A stretch of DNA of 64,000 bases from Octopus vulgaris. Taxonomy: Eukaryota. Positions 1 through 13,657 of this stretch are shown here, piece by piece. The position numbers and the translations under genes are program-made. The notes under the pieces were generated by a model. That model saw nothing but the letters and a program-made list of their open reading frames with translations. It was not told where the DNA came from and ran no database searches. Location of the stretch: assembly GCA_951406725.2 (NCBI GenBank), contig OX597821.1:91450001-91514000 (forward strand), given 5' to 3'. Position 1 is the first letter of the stretch, and each line of letters opens with the position of its first letter.

Positions 1-12
1 TGTCTCTTTGAG

Positions 13-51
<39 letters not shown>

Positions 52-58
<7 letters not shown>

Positions 59-159
59 AAATTAAGAGGAATGACCACTAAAGTGGACACCTAATATGCT
101 AAACATAGACATCAAATCGCCATTACCATGAAGAAAGTGTGGGTGAACAAACAGACACA

Positions 160-208
<49 letters not shown>

Positions 209-375
209 TCTTCATGGTAATGGCGATTTGATATCTATGTTTAGCATATTAGGTGTCCACTTTAGTGGTCATTCCTCTTAATTTTGTATGTAACGCAATT
301 TTTAATCTTCAGATTTTTTAAAATACTGCTAAACCACTGGTTTTAATTCATTAATATCAATTTCTACCCTTATTA

Positions 376-380
<5 letters not shown>
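52..380. mobile_element. (TA)n-embedded foldback element with ~84-bp inverted arms (52-135 / 208-292); probable non-autonomous Penelope-like derivative
   Basis: 52-135 is the near-perfect reverse complement of 208-292. The arms are separated by a short spacer and (CA)n, and both outer flanks are (TA)n. Confidence 0.6.
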
Positions 381-415
<35 letters not shown>

Positions 416-880
416 TATAGGTTAGAGGAAGGTGTATTTTTCTATATAGAATACACTTTGAAGTGCTCAAGAGATTTGATGAGTAAATGTAATGATAAGT
501 ATGTTAAGCAAGTCGATCTACACAAAATATTAAATGCATTTAATAGAAAAAAATGTACATGTGTACAGATATATTCCATCTTTAAACTCCATCCTGTCAA
601 CACCTCAAATGTAAAAGTCTCCAATGTAAAATTATCCCCTGAAGATGGAGGCAGTATCATCCAATAATGTATTCAAGTAACAATCATTATTCCTAAGCAC
701 AAGCCCCCAGACACAGCTGTTGGGCTCCTAAACCTCTACTCGTTTAACTACTAATATTACTTATTGTTTGTAAGTTCAACTATTTTATATCCATACACAT
801 ATACATTTTTTTCTATGAAATATATTTAATATTCTGTGTAACTCGACTCACCCAACTTGCTTGTCATTACATTGGATCAC

Positions 881-1282
881 AGGCGCAGGAGTGGCTGTGT
901 GGTAAGTAGCTTGTTTACCAACCATATGGTTCCAGGTTCAGTCCCACTGCGTGGCACCTTGGGCAAGTGTCTTCTACTATAGCCTCGGTCCGACCAAAGC
1001 CTTGTGAGTGGATTTGGTAGACAGAAACTGAAAGAAGCCCGTCGTATATATGTATATATATGTGTGTGTGTGCGTGTATGTTTGTGTTTGTCCCCTTAAC
1101 ATTGCTTGACAACCGATGCTGGTGTGTTTATGTCCCCGTCACTTAGCGGTTCGGCAAAAGAGATTGATAGAATAAGTACTAGGCTTACAATGAATAAGTC
1201 CTGGGGTTGAGTTCCTTGATTAAAGGCGGTGCTCCAGCATGGCTGCAGTCAAATGACTGAAACAAGTAAAAGATTAAAGAGT
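881..1282 (+). mobile_element. tRNA-derived SINE, family A (full length)
   Basis: Head ggcgcaggagtggctgtgtggtaag with B-box-like ggttcagtccc, internal (TA)/(TG) tract and 3' gaaacaagtaaaaga; more than 10 homologous copies in the window. Confidence 0.9.
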
Positions 1283-1610
1283 ATATATATATGTATCAAT
1301 AGATAAAGAGATATAGATAGATAGACAATTACATCCATCCATCCATACATACATGATGATGGCCATCCACTCGTGACCAAGGAAGACCATTGCTGACTTT
1401 CAGGAACATTGCGTGCTCTAGGATTAACTTATATTTTGCATTTGTGGCCCTCTTGGTTATTAATGAGCCCTACTCTTGACAAGTATACATGACTACAAAC
1501 ATTGGAAAGCGAGCTTTCCCCATTCCCTACACCAGCAATGCACTTTCGAGTAGGACATTTAAGTTCTTCAAGCAGAATACGTGCTCTCTCAAAGGTGTCG
1601 ACCCCACCTC

Positions 1611-2003
1611 CTTAACCTGCTTCCCAACCACAAGGTTTTGGGTTCAGTCCCACTACATGGCATCTTGGGCAAGTGTCTTCTACAATAGCCTCAGGCCAAC
1701 CAAAGCCTTGTGAGTAGATTTAGTGGACAAAAACTGAAAGAAACCCGTCGTATGTGTCTGTGTGTGTGTGTATGTGTGTTTGTGTGTGTGTGTGTATTTG
1801 TGTTTCTGTTTGTTGTTCCACCATCACTTGACAGCCGATGCTGGTGTGTTTACATCCCTGTAACTTAGCGTTCCAGCAAAAGAAACTGACAGAATAAGTA
1901 CTAGGCTTACAAAGAACGAGTCCTAGGATCGATTTGTTCAACTAATGGTAGTGCTCCAGCAGAGCCACAGTCAAATGACTGAAACAAATAAAAGAATAAA
2001 AGA
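1611..2003 (+). mobile_element. SINE family A, 5'-truncated
   Basis: Homologous to 881-1282. Confidence 0.85.
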
Positions 2004-2013
2004 GATTGGCTAC

Positions 2014-3379
2014 AAGGCAGTGAACTGGCAGAATTGTTAGCATGCTGGACGAAATGCTTAGCAGTAGTTCACTTGTGGCTATGATCTGAGTTCAAATTCT
2101 GCCAAGATCAACTTTGCCTTTCATCCTTTCAGGGTCGATAAATTAAGTACCAGTTGTGTACTTGGGTCAGTCTAATCGACTGACCCCCTCCCATCAAATT
2201 TCAGGCCTTGTGCCTATAATAGAAAAGATTATTACTATAGGTTACAAATTTTGGCACAAGGCCAGCAATTTCAGGGGAGGGAATAAGTTGATTATATCAA
2301 ATCCTGTGGCGAGCTGGCAGAACCGTTAGCACGCCGGGCGAAATGCGTAGCCGTATTTCGTCTGCCGTTACGTTCTGAGTTCAAATTCCGCTGAGGTCGA
2401 CTTTGCCTTTCATCCTTTTGGGGTCGACAAATTAAGTACCAGTTACACACTGGGGTCGATATGATCGACTTAATCCGTTTGTCCTCTCTATGTTTAGCCC
2501 CTTGTGGATAGAAAAGAAACCTATATCAAATCCTGTATTTAACTGGTACTTCTTTTTATCAACCCCAAAAGAATGACAGGCAAAGTTGACCTTCGTGGAT
2601 TTGAACTCAGAACCTAAAGATTTATGAACAGCCACAAGGCATTCAGCCTGGTGTGGTAACAATTCTGCCAGCTCGTTATTTTATTATAATTATCAACATT
2701 AAAATCATTCTCATTATCAGGTGGTGAGCTGGTAAGATCATTAGCACAATAGGCAAAAATCTCAGCAGCATTTCATCCATCCTCACGATCTGAGTTCAAA
2801 TTCCACCAAAGTCGACTTTCCCTTTCATCCTTTTTGGGGTCGATAAAATAAATACCAGTTGAACACTGGGGTTGATGTAATTGACTCACCCTCTTCTCCA
2901 AAATTGCTGGCCTTGCACCAAAATTTTCAATTAATATCAAAGTCATTATGAAGGCAATTGAGCTGGCAGATTAATTAACATGCTAGATAAAATTCTTAGT
3001 AGTACTTCATCCACCTCTTTATTTCCTGAATTCCAACCTTTTATGTCTTGAGTTCAAATATACCTAGGGTTAACTTTTCCTCTCTGAGGTCAACTTTGCC
3101 GTTCATTCTCTTGGAGTTGATAAAATAAGTAGCAGTTGAGTACTGGTATTGATGTAATTAATTCACCCCCTCCTCAAAGTTGCTGGCCTTGTACTTATGA
3201 ATTTGGGTCTTTGTAACATTTCTTCTGTCTGACATGGTTTACTGTTTACACTTATATTTTTAAAACACCATTGTAATAATTTTATTATTATCGTCTTATG
3301 CAGAGGGAAGAAAAAAATTTGAACCCAAATATATATATATGCTAGAATAATAATAATAATAATTATTATTATTATTATA

Positions 3380-3416
<37 letters not shown>

Positions 3417-3650
3417 TAATAATAGTAATAATTGCTATCATTATTAAGTCAGCAAGCTGCTAGAATCATTAGCATAGTGGGAGAAATGCTTAGCAGCATT
3501 TTGACTATCTTTACATTCTGAATTCAAATTCTACTGTGGTCCACTTTGCATTTCATCCTTTCGGGGGTTGATAAATTAAGTACCAGTTGTGTACTGGGGT
3601 CGATCTAAGCGACTGTTCTCCTCCCGCCAAATTTCAGGCCTTGTACCTAT
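2014..3650. mobile_element. Cluster of about 6 SINE family B copies (tRNA head plus Meta-like central domain), both strands, partly nested
   Basis: Recurrent gagctggcagaa..gttagc (A box), gagttcaaattcc (B box) and gtcgactttgcctttcatcctttcggggtcgataaattaagtaccag at ~2014, 2308, 2720, 2950 and 3445; a minus-strand copy at 2230-2680 is split by the 2308 copy. Confidence 0.85.
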
Positions 3651-3672
3651 TATTATTATCATTATTATTATT

Positions 3673-3727
<55 letters not shown>

Positions 3728-3751
3728 GTATTAGTATTATTCTTATTATTA

Positions 3752-4222
3752 TTTTATGTTTGACTTTTGCTTTACATCTGTACAAGTTGGTGCCAAGCCT
3801 CACCCAGAGACCTCAAGAGACAACAAGTTGGAAGTTCATGTTGGTGTTATGCCTAGGAAGCCATATATTTGGTTTTGTACTTAGTGTTGTACTAGTGAAT
3901 GCCTAAAAAACCATACGAAAATTATGTTTGTTTTAAAACTTGTGATTACATAGAAAGTATTTTGCGTAGGATATGAGCAGTTCCCATGAGCACTGTCTTT
4001 TTAATTTCTACCATTTTGGGATTTCCTGGTATCTGAGCTAAGTAGCAATCAGCCCCTTTTGCTATCATTCCTAGGACACCTATCACAACAGGTATTGTTT
4101 TAGTCTTCAGGTTCCACATTTTGGTAATTTCTATTTCAAGATCTTTATATTTGCTCAGTTTTTGGTAGGTCTTGACAGATACGTTTATATCGATTGGCAC
4201 AGTCATATCAATGAAGGGGCAT
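3752..4222 (-). mobile_element. 3' end of an R4/Dong-like non-LTR retrotransposon (restriction-enzyme-like endonuclease C-terminus plus 3'UTR) inserted in (TAA)n
   Basis: ORF 3946-4206 reads (LID)MTVPIDINVSVKTYQKLSKYKDLEIEITKMW...IPVVIGVLG...GTAHILRKIL, a typical REL endonuclease tail; both flanks are (ATT)n. Confidence 0.8.
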
Positions 4223-4267
4223 GATTATTATTATTAGTATTAGTGTTGTTATTATTATTATTATTAT

Positions 4268-4325
<58 letters not shown>

Positions 4326-4492
4326 GCTATTGTAGTTGTTGCAGTTATCACCACTACTACTATTATCACAATTTCTACTACTACTACAACCACCACCACC
4401 ACCACTGCTACTACTACTATTATTTTTGATTCTATTATCGTTATTATTATTAATATTATTATTATTGTTATTATTATTATTGTTATTATCAT

Positions 4493-4565
<73 letters not shown>

Positions 4566-4681
4566 GTAGTTGTTGCAGTTATCACTGCTGCTATCACCAC
4601 TACTACTATTATCACAATTTCTACTACTACTACAACCACCACCACCACTGCTACTACTATTATTATTATTTATACTATTAC

Positions 4682-4726
<45 letters not shown>

Positions 4727-4925
4727 CATTATTATTATTATTATCATTATTATTATTACTATTATTACTATTATTATTATTATTACTATTATTATTATTA
4801 TTATTATTATTACTATTATCATTATTATTATTATCATTATTATTATTACTATTACTATTATTATTATTACTATTACTATTGTTATTATTACTATTATTAC
4901 TATTATTATTATTATTATTATTACT

Positions 4926-4958
<33 letters not shown>
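4223..4958. repeat. Compound (ATT)n/(ACT)n/(ACC)n microsatellite with an internal duplication
   Basis: Trinucleotide tracts; the block gtagttgttgcagttatca...caatttctactactactacaaccaccacc occurs at ~4333 and ~4566. Confidence 0.9.
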
Positions 4959-5448
4959 TCTAACAATATTAAAAGAACCAGAAAAGGTGGAGAAATAAAA
5001 TAAAAAAAAACTAAGACAAAAGACAAACACAAAAACAACAACGTAAGGCTTTTGGTAGACTGGCTGCTGGAAAGTAACAAGCACTCTTGATAAATATTGT
5101 GGTTTTCACAAATGGAAAGCAAACCGTTTCTGCCTGGCTTGCACGGTGCATGAATTACCTCACACCTCGCACAGCTCTCTGCACCTCACTACATCGCTCT
5201 GCCCCGCAGTGCTTGAAGGATTTATTGCAATCTGTCTTGAGAAAAATGTCCACTCTGGATGATCAATTTCTCAAATATGTTTGCTACAATACATTTATCA
5301 TTTTCACGCTCCGCCGGTCAACACCAGACACAGTGCTTTTATTGAAAAACGAGCCAAATATAAGTAAATAAATAACTAAATAACTAAATAACTAAATAAA
5401 AAAAATAAAAACTTTCCAGGAACGCTGCAAAGGAATAAATGGCAAATA

Positions 5449-5449
5449 C

Positions 5450-5497
<48 letters not shown>

Positions 5498-5527
5498 TAA
5501 TAATAATTAATGATGATGATGATGATG

Positions 5528-5582
<55 letters not shown>

Positions 5583-5724
5583 CATGAAAAGAATTCAAGA
5601 AGATAAAGAATGAGTGAAAAAGTGGTCTGCGTAGGGGCTGAAGTATGGTGTGGTTGCGATGGTGGTGATGGTGACCATGGGGTGCAAGACTTGAAGAATG
5701 GTAGAAGTAGTAGTAGTGGTGGTT

Positions 5725-5810
<86 letters not shown>

Positions 5811-5903
5811 GGTGGGGTTGATGGTGGTGCTGATAATGACGGCATTGATGATGGTGGTGGTGGCGGTGGTGGCAGCGGTGGTAGTGGTGGTAGTGGTGGT
5901 AGT
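5449..5903. repeat. (AAT)n, (GAT)n, (GTA)n and (GGT)n microsatellites
   Basis: Direct reading. Confidence 0.9.
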
Positions 5904-5984
5904 GGATTTGACAGGAAAGAAAATCCTGTTAGATATCACTCTTTGATAACGGATCAGATACCTTGTTTGTTATGAGTTTATAAA

Positions 5985-6136
5985 TGTGTGTGTGCATATG
6001 TGTATGTGTGTGCGCATGTGTGTGTATGTGTGTGTGTGTGTTCACATGTGTGCATGTGGATATAAATATATAACTATATACTCAAACAGACATACATACT
6101 CATACATAAGCCCACTCACATTCATATATACATGTT

Positions 6137-6201
<65 letters not shown>

Positions 6202-6206
6202 GCATT

Positions 6207-6241
<35 letters not shown>

Positions 6242-6775
6242 GTATGTATGTATATATATATATATATATATACATATATATGTAAGTATATATATATATA
6301 AATACATAAATATATATACACACGCATATGCATGTGAGTGTGTGTTAGAGTGAGTATATGGGAATATATAAGTGTGTATATATGTGTGTGTGTGTGTGTG
6401 TGTGTCTAGATAGTTTACCTGATTTCATTTTATATGCATACTTGCACACACACACACACATAAATATATATGTGTGTGTATATGTACATATATATATACA
6501 CATTTATACACTCACACACATGCACATATATACATAGATACAGACATATACATACATACATATATATATACATACATACATACATACATACATGCATACA
6601 TACATGCATACATACATACGTACATACATACATACATATACCCACACTCACATATATATATACTTATATGTATACATTTATGTATACACTCACACACCGA
6701 TACGTATGTATACTTGCACATGTGCACATATATGCATATATATATATATATATATATATAAGCATGCCTATATGT
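5985..6775. repeat. (TG)/(TA)/(CATA) compound microsatellite
   Basis: Direct reading. Confidence 0.9.
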
Positions 6776-8042
6776 AATTTTTTTTTATATTTAGTAGTCT
6801 CACCATTGATATTGGCTTAAATCTATTGAAATAGGTTTAGGATTACGGGTCAGATGCAGCACATGATGAAGTAATACTTTGATGGTTGTGGCTGTAAACT
6901 GTATTACTTACACATCACTTGACCATTACGTCCTGCAGCTTTTATCGGTCAGTTTAGTCCAAAGTTATATATATGCTTATTATTTACAGAGAAAAATTAA
7001 CCAAAAGGAGAAAAAGAATAAAAAGTGAGTTAAGAAAATGATAATGAAATATAGCATTAAAGGAACAGGAAATATGAAAGAAAAAGAAGAAGGAAATAAT
7101 AATATTAAAGAATATATAATAATATGAAAGATAGGCATGACAATATTATGGCTATGATATTAAACTTTGATAATCTTTAAGAAAAAGCTGCATAAATATG
7201 ATTGATACCTCTGCACGAATGACTTCTGAAAGTAATATTCACACGTTTCAGATATTTGTCCCAGCATGCATCTAACAGATGCATTCTGGGACTAGACTGG
7301 ACTAGAGAGAGATTGTTTCATGTTTTTTTGTTGTTTTTTTTTTTTATTCTTCTAGTTTTTGTTCTTGTCAACCTTCAATAAGTTATAGCTTTGAAGTTTG
7401 ATAATGTATATTTATAAAACTTTGATGCTGGTAGTTGTTGCTGTTTTAAACTAATAAAGAATTGATGGATGGATGGATGGATGGATGGATGTTAGTTATT
7501 ATTGTTGTCGGTAAAGGATTGTCCAAGATTTAGGGATCTTATATTTAAGTGGACATTTCCCATGCATGACTGTGTATGAATGCATGGAAATGTATGTGTG
7601 TGGTGGGAGGCAGAAATATATTTTGATATTGAACAAGAATAAAAGCTTCTGCCAGACAGCTGCTCCATGGATTAGACTGAATCAGATTTTGAGAGGAGAA
7701 CAGGAATAATGGTTTTCTATGCATATAAACAAAAGTCAAGAATACAATTTGGTTTCAATATCCAGTGGAAACTATTTCATAAATCTCATCTCGATAATGA
7801 CATTTGGAAAGGCATGAATGACACTGCAGTACTTACCATGCTCTATAAAATTATTGTCTCATGTCTTGGGAAGGAAAATTCTTGTTGTAATAGCAGAGTG
7901 CCTATAATGAAACAGAGTATCACTGTAAGGTTATGGTTGCATGAGAGGAAAGTGATGATAGCAATGTCATTGTAAGATCACCGTCTTGTTATAAGTTGAT
8001 TGCAGTGTGATTGTAAAAAGATAGCCATATCATGACAAAGAT

Positions 8043-8300
8043 AGAAGCCTGTCGTATATATGTATATATATATATATGTGCGTGTGTGTATGTGTGTGTG
8101 TATGTCTGTGTTCGTCCCCCTAGCATTGCTTGACAACCGATGCTGGTGTGTTTACGTCCCCGTCACATTGTGGTTTGGCAAAAGAGATCGATAGAATAAG
8201 TACTGGGCTTACAAAGAATAAGTCCCGGGGTCGATTTGCTCGACTAAAGGCGGTGCTCCAGCATGGCCGCAGTCAAATGACTGAAACAAGTGAAAGAAAA
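8043..8300 (+). mobile_element. SINE family A, 3' half
   Basis: Homology to 1030-1270. Confidence 0.85.
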
Positions 8301-8848
8301 AAAATATCACAGTAATGTGATAATATTATGACTGGTGACAGCAGTGCTAGAGTAAGATTAAGTACTGTCTCATTAACAGGATAATAGTATGACTAATTTG
8401 ATAGCAGTACCACAGTAAGATGAAGTAACCTTTTTACATTGATTCTATTTATTCATTAGAATCAGATGGTTGTCTAATCACCAGTGATACTAAAACTCCT
8501 CTGCTCTACTATTAATTTGTTATTTTGTTCCTTGTGTCCCCACCCCCACCATTTCTGGAGTAAAAGGTAGACTGATGAGTGAAAGAAAAGAACCAGAGTG
8601 ATAGGATAAAGAACGTTTCTGCCAGCTCGCTGCCTATAGTGTATTAGTTCTGGCAGAGTGTCAAAACCTAACTTGTGGGCACATATGGCTAAAAGGTTAC
8701 TGCTAAACTACAACCTGCCCCTGCATATGTCAATGCATACACATGCATATGCACAGACACAAACACATATAAACACACATATGCATACACTTAAAATCAT
8801 TGAAATATTGACTGTGAATTTGTGAGCGTATTATATATATACATATAT

Positions 8849-9063
8849 AAGGCAAGCTGACAGAACCGTTAGCATGCCGGGCGAAATGCGTAGCCGTATT
8901 TTGTCTGTCATTACGTTCCGAGTTCAAATTCCGCCGAGGTCGACTTTGCCTTTCATCCTTTCGGGGTCAATAAATTTAGTACCAGTTACACACTGGGGTC
9001 GATATAATCGACTTAATCCTTGTTTGTCCCTTCTGTGTTTAGCCCCTTGTGGGTAGTAAAGAA
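8849..9063 (+). mobile_element. SINE family B
   Basis: A/B boxes, Meta-like domain, and the tail gccccttgtgggtagtaaagaaa. Confidence 0.9.
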
Positions 9064-9064
9064 A

Positions 9065-9095
<31 letters not shown>

Positions 9096-9104
9096 TAACA
9101 TCCC

Positions 9105-10420
9105 CATCATCATCATCATCATTTAACGTCCATTGTCCATGCTGGCATGGGTTGGACAGTTTGACTGGGCTGGCACACTGGCAGTCTGCGCCAGACACCA
9201 GTCTGATTTGGCATGGTTCTCCATGGCTGGATGCCCTTCCTAATGCCAACTACTTCAAGAATGTAACTGGTGCATTAAATGCCATTGGGAAGGGTGCCAT
9301 TTGCATGACACCAGGGTGTTTCAACATGCCACCAGCATGGGTGCCAATTTGCATGACACCAATATTTGCCATGACTGCAATTTTGCTCAGCTTGATGGGT
9401 CTTTTTTTCAAGCATGACATAAGGCCAAAGGTCTTGAACATTGCCTCCATCAGGCCCAACACTCGAAAGGAACTCAGCCACTTTGCCTCTGTGAAACCCA
9501 ACACTCAAAAGGAACTCAGCCTCTTTGCTTCCGTGAGGCCCAACACTTGAAAGTATTTCAGCCACTTTGCCTCCATGAGGCCCAATGTCCTAAAGATTTT
9601 CTTTATGTGCTACCATCAAGGGTGCACTTGGCTTGATGGGTCCTCTCAAGCACAGTACATCGCCAAAGGTCTCAGTCACCTGTTATTGCCTCTGTGAGGC
9701 TCAAAGTTCATAGATCATGTATTACCACATCATATCATATGTTCCTGCATCTACCTCTGCCACAGGTTCCCTTCATAGTTAGAGATCGGCACTTCTTTAC
9801 ACCACTGTTCTCATCCATATGTAACACATGACCATACCAGTGCAGTCATCTCTCTTGCACACTACATCTGATTCCTCTCATGCCACATTTTTCTCTCAAG
9901 ATGCTTACCCTCTGTCGAACATGCACACTGACATTGCACATCCAGCGAAGCATACTGGCTTCATTTCTTTCAAGCCTATGCATGTCCTCAGCTGACTTAG
10001 CCCATATTTCACTGCCATGCAACACAGGCATCAAATAATCTGCCTTTTACTCTGAGAGAAAGGCCCTTTGTTGCCAGCAGGGGTAGGAACTCGCTGAACT
10101 TTACCCAGCCTAATCTTATTCTCACAGCTACACTCTAGGTGCATCCACCTCCACTACTAACTTGGTCACCTAGATAATGGAAGCTATCTATTACCTCTAA
10201 CTTGATCCCCCTGGCATCTATTTGGAGTCTATTATCTGTGCATTTTCAGCATTTATTATAACTATGGACTTTCCACATACAAAAGTTAGTTTCCCTGATA
10301 ACCTTCTTCTGATGTTGCTGCACCTTTTATGTGTGCAAAGCTTACACTGGGTGCATCTTGTGGAGTTTCTGTCAATATTTTTTCTACAGATTGATCAGGG
10401 CCATCTACCTGAAAGGATTT
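9105..10420 (-). mobile_element. Decayed RTE-clade LINE 3' portion with (GAT)n tail
   Basis: ORF 9846-10034 reads LHGSEIWA...RLERNEASMLRWMCNV...LREK, followed by a WYGHV motif. The 3' end on the minus strand runs into (GAT)n, and the 3'UTR has ~42-bp tandem repeats at 9443-9583. Confidence 0.8.
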
Positions 10421-10643
10421 GTGATTTGTCTGTATATATATATATATACACACACCTCACATACTCATTTGCTTCTGTATATATATATATGTATGCATGT
10501 ATGTATGTATGAATGAATGTGTATATATATTATATTATATTTATATATATATATGTATGTATGTATGTACATATGTATGTATGTGTGTGTATATATCTAT
10601 GAATGTATGTAAGCATGGGCATTCATATGTCTGGGTGTGTGTG

Positions 10644-10695
<52 letters not shown>

Positions 10696-11035
10696 CATAT
10701 ACATACACACACATACACACACACACACACACAATATTAAAGATTCAAAAGAATCAGGTACTTAAATGATAGGTACCAAGTCGGGGTGAATTATCTTGTA
10801 ACAGACACCTTTAGCCAAATAAATATCACCAGTACGGAAGTGCATCCAGTGAAATATTCAGGTTATGCATACAGAGAATTTAACCTTTATGAGTATTTTA
10901 ATAGAGTAAGGGTTGTTAATCCAAAAACTTATGTTGTACTGGACATAAGGTATTTGGTACATTCAAGATAATCCAATGGATTGGGATTCCAGTAAGGTGC
11001 ATTATGAACAAATAACTAAATAAACAACAAAATGA

Positions 11036-11730
11036 CGGATACGTGTCACTTCCTTACAGCTGTTTCGAATGGATTTCTTTATTAGATTAATGAGTACATT
11101 ATACCATAACGCCCCACCAAAAAATGAAACGCTTTCTTCTGATGATACATACATTTCAAACGATGTAAGAACAACGTTTGGCCACAGTGGGCGAGCTGTA
11201 CCTGATTCCGGCTGACGCTGATCTGGAATGAAAGAATGTAGCAAAGTTACAAAGACATTAAGTGGTTAGTTAGAGGGTAGTTAACCTCTTAATGTCTTCC
11301 TAACTTTGCTATGTTTTCTCATTCCAGGCCAGCCTCAGCTGGAGTCAGGTTCAATTCACTCACTGTGGTAAAGTGTTGTTCTTATATTGTTTGAAATGCT
11401 ATGTGTCATCTGAAGAAAGTGTTTTTTTTTAGTGGGGTCATGATGTAATATACTCATTATCCCTTTCGTTACCAACCCGGCTGAAACCGGCCCTGGCTCT
11501 GAGTACAAATGTCTTGTTTTCATAAGTTTTGAACTAAAATCTTCCACCAAACCTTAGTCACAATTTATGTTCCTAACACTAGTTGAATGATAACTAAGTT
11601 ATTTTACTAAATTCTTTGTTATATTTAAAATAATTGAGAGAAACACAGAGCATCTCAAAATAGAGACAGTAACGAAAAGGTTAATCTAATAAAAAAATCC
11701 ATTGGTAACAGCTGTAATGAAGTGATGTGA
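11036..11730. mobile_element. Old foldback element (diverged ~235-bp inverted arms, centre ~11275) with a degenerate hammerhead motif
   Basis: 11036-11270 is the diverged reverse complement of 11281-11459 plus 11685-11730. CTGAAGA lies at 11410, and (G)AAAC-agct-GTA at 11705-11716 (+) and 11055-11066 (-). Confidence 0.7.
11457..11684. mobile_element. piggyBac-like MITE inserted into the right arm of the foldback element
   Basis: Termini ccctttcgttac / gtaacgaaaagg are flanked by TTAT / TTAA; the uninterrupted left arm reads cattaatctaat across this site. Confidence 0.7.
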
Positions 11731-12050
11731 AGGCAATGGCTCTGTGGTTGGAGCATCGAGCTTACGATCGTGAGGTTGTGAGTTTGATTCCTGGACCGGG
11801 CTGCATGTTGTGTTCTTGAGCAAGACACTTTATTTCACATTGCTCCGGTTCACACAGCTGTAGAAATTAGTTGCGACGTCACAGGTGCCAAGCTGTATCA
11901 GCCTTTGCCTTTCCCTTGGTGGCGTGGAGAGGGAAGGCTGGTATTCATGGGCAACTGCCGGTCTTCCATAAACACAACCTTGCCCAGGTTTGTGCCTGGG
12001 AAGGTAACTTTCTAGGTGCAATCCCATGGTCAGTCATGACCGAAGGGGAT
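11730..12050 (+). mobile_element. tRNA-derived SINE, family C-type head
   Basis: aggcaatggctctgtggttggagc...gagtttgattcc followed by ttcttgagcaagacacttt. Confidence 0.7.
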
Positions 12051-12322
12051 CTCAGCTCAACACACACACACACACACACATACAGAGTTTGATTCAGTTT
12101 CATGTTACTTGATGTTTTGTAGGCTTCCAACATAAATTCAGCTCATTCAGGCTCAGGTACCTAATTCAGGAATCTGAGCCTGAAAAAGCTAGGTTTCTGC
12201 TAGAAGCCTGTGAAACTTTAAGTTACATGGAACTGAATGAAGCTGTTCTAAAGAATAATATATGTAACTTCTACTAAAAGTGTTGAGTGCCTTCTTCATT
12301 CACTTGTCCACTCACTTGTGTG

Positions 12323-12356
<34 letters not shown>

Positions 12357-13218
12357 TGTATGTATGTATGTATATGCATACACTTGAACCTATATATAAA
12401 CATACATGCATTAAAATATATATATACATAGACGCATACATGTGCACAGATTGTACTTATATCAGTGTGTATGTGTGTATGTGACTATGTGTGTATGTAT
12501 GTGTGTATATATATGTATATTTATATATTTATATATATGTATAGATATATATATATATATATATACACATACATATGGACACATTAGATAACTTCAACAG
12601 AAAAATCAACCATGCTGCCAATCATAAACACACACACACACACACACACTCAGACAGACACACTTACATGCACACATACACACTCACACACACCACACAA
12701 CACAACACATACCAATCCATTAATATTTTTCAAGAACACAATGGCAAATAATGGAATTCAAACACTGAAGAAGATGGTTCCGCCAGAGAACCTTTCTAGG
12801 GTGTTCCTGTTATCTCGGAAGATAAAGCAAGAGATGAGGAAAAGGTTTTATCTTCTGTTAGGTTTGTGCTTTGTTTGACTGTGTATTTATTTTTGTTTTC
12901 GGTTTTAAGAGAAGGCTTTTATCTCAACTTAGCTATTAAGCTTGATCAAAACCAACAAAGAACCAAAATACAACAACAAAAACAAGATCACAAACACTAC
13001 AAAGAACAATAGAACAAAATACAAACATAAATATAATAAAACACAACAAAACTAGCATCAACAAAATGCAAACTAATTTGGGTATACTTACGTACTAATA
13101 AAACACAAAAGGAATTTCAGAGACATAATGAAAATATTCCATTTACATCAAGTACAGCGAAACAAAATTTCGTAAGCTACAATAACAATAAGAAGAACAC
13201 CGACCATAATAATGATGC

Positions 13219-13281
<63 letters not shown>

Positions 13282-13448
13282 TTTTTGTTCTATTTAACTT
13301 ATGCACAAGTTCATAAATTTATATTGAAAGATTATGTGATGTTTATGCCATTCCCAAGGGCAGCAGTAGAGTAAATGGAATTGAAAATAAAATTGTGCTT
13401 TTGGTTCACAGAGGACTTAACACTTAAAATAGCAATTGACGTAATGAT

Positions 13449-13485
13449 GATGATTATGATAATAATAACAACAACAACAACAATA

Positions 13486-13541
<56 letters not shown>

Positions 13542-13657
13542 GATAATAATAATAATGATAATAATGATAATAATAATGATAATAATAATAATAATAATAA
13601 TGATAATAATAGTAATAATAATGATAATAATAATGATGATAATAATAATAATAATAA
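13449..13657. repeat. (AAT)/(GAT)n microsatellite (also (ATT)n at 13220-13281)
   Basis: Direct reading. Confidence 0.9.

Noticed and set aside
881-960. tRNA genes at the SINE heads
   Set aside because: A/B-box-like motifs are present, but there is no complete cloverleaf and they are always fused to SINE bodies.
4203-6820. Long ORFs rich in poly-N/S/I/L/T/V and YI/HT repeats (also 35813-36421, 47493-48119, 58089-60554 and others)
   Set aside because: They are translations of di- and trinucleotide microsatellites with no protein-like complexity.
11131-11175. Plus-strand CTGATGA...caaac-gat-gta hammerhead-like match
   Set aside because: It has CAAA instead of GAAA, no stem II, and is not preserved in the opposite arm of the palindrome.
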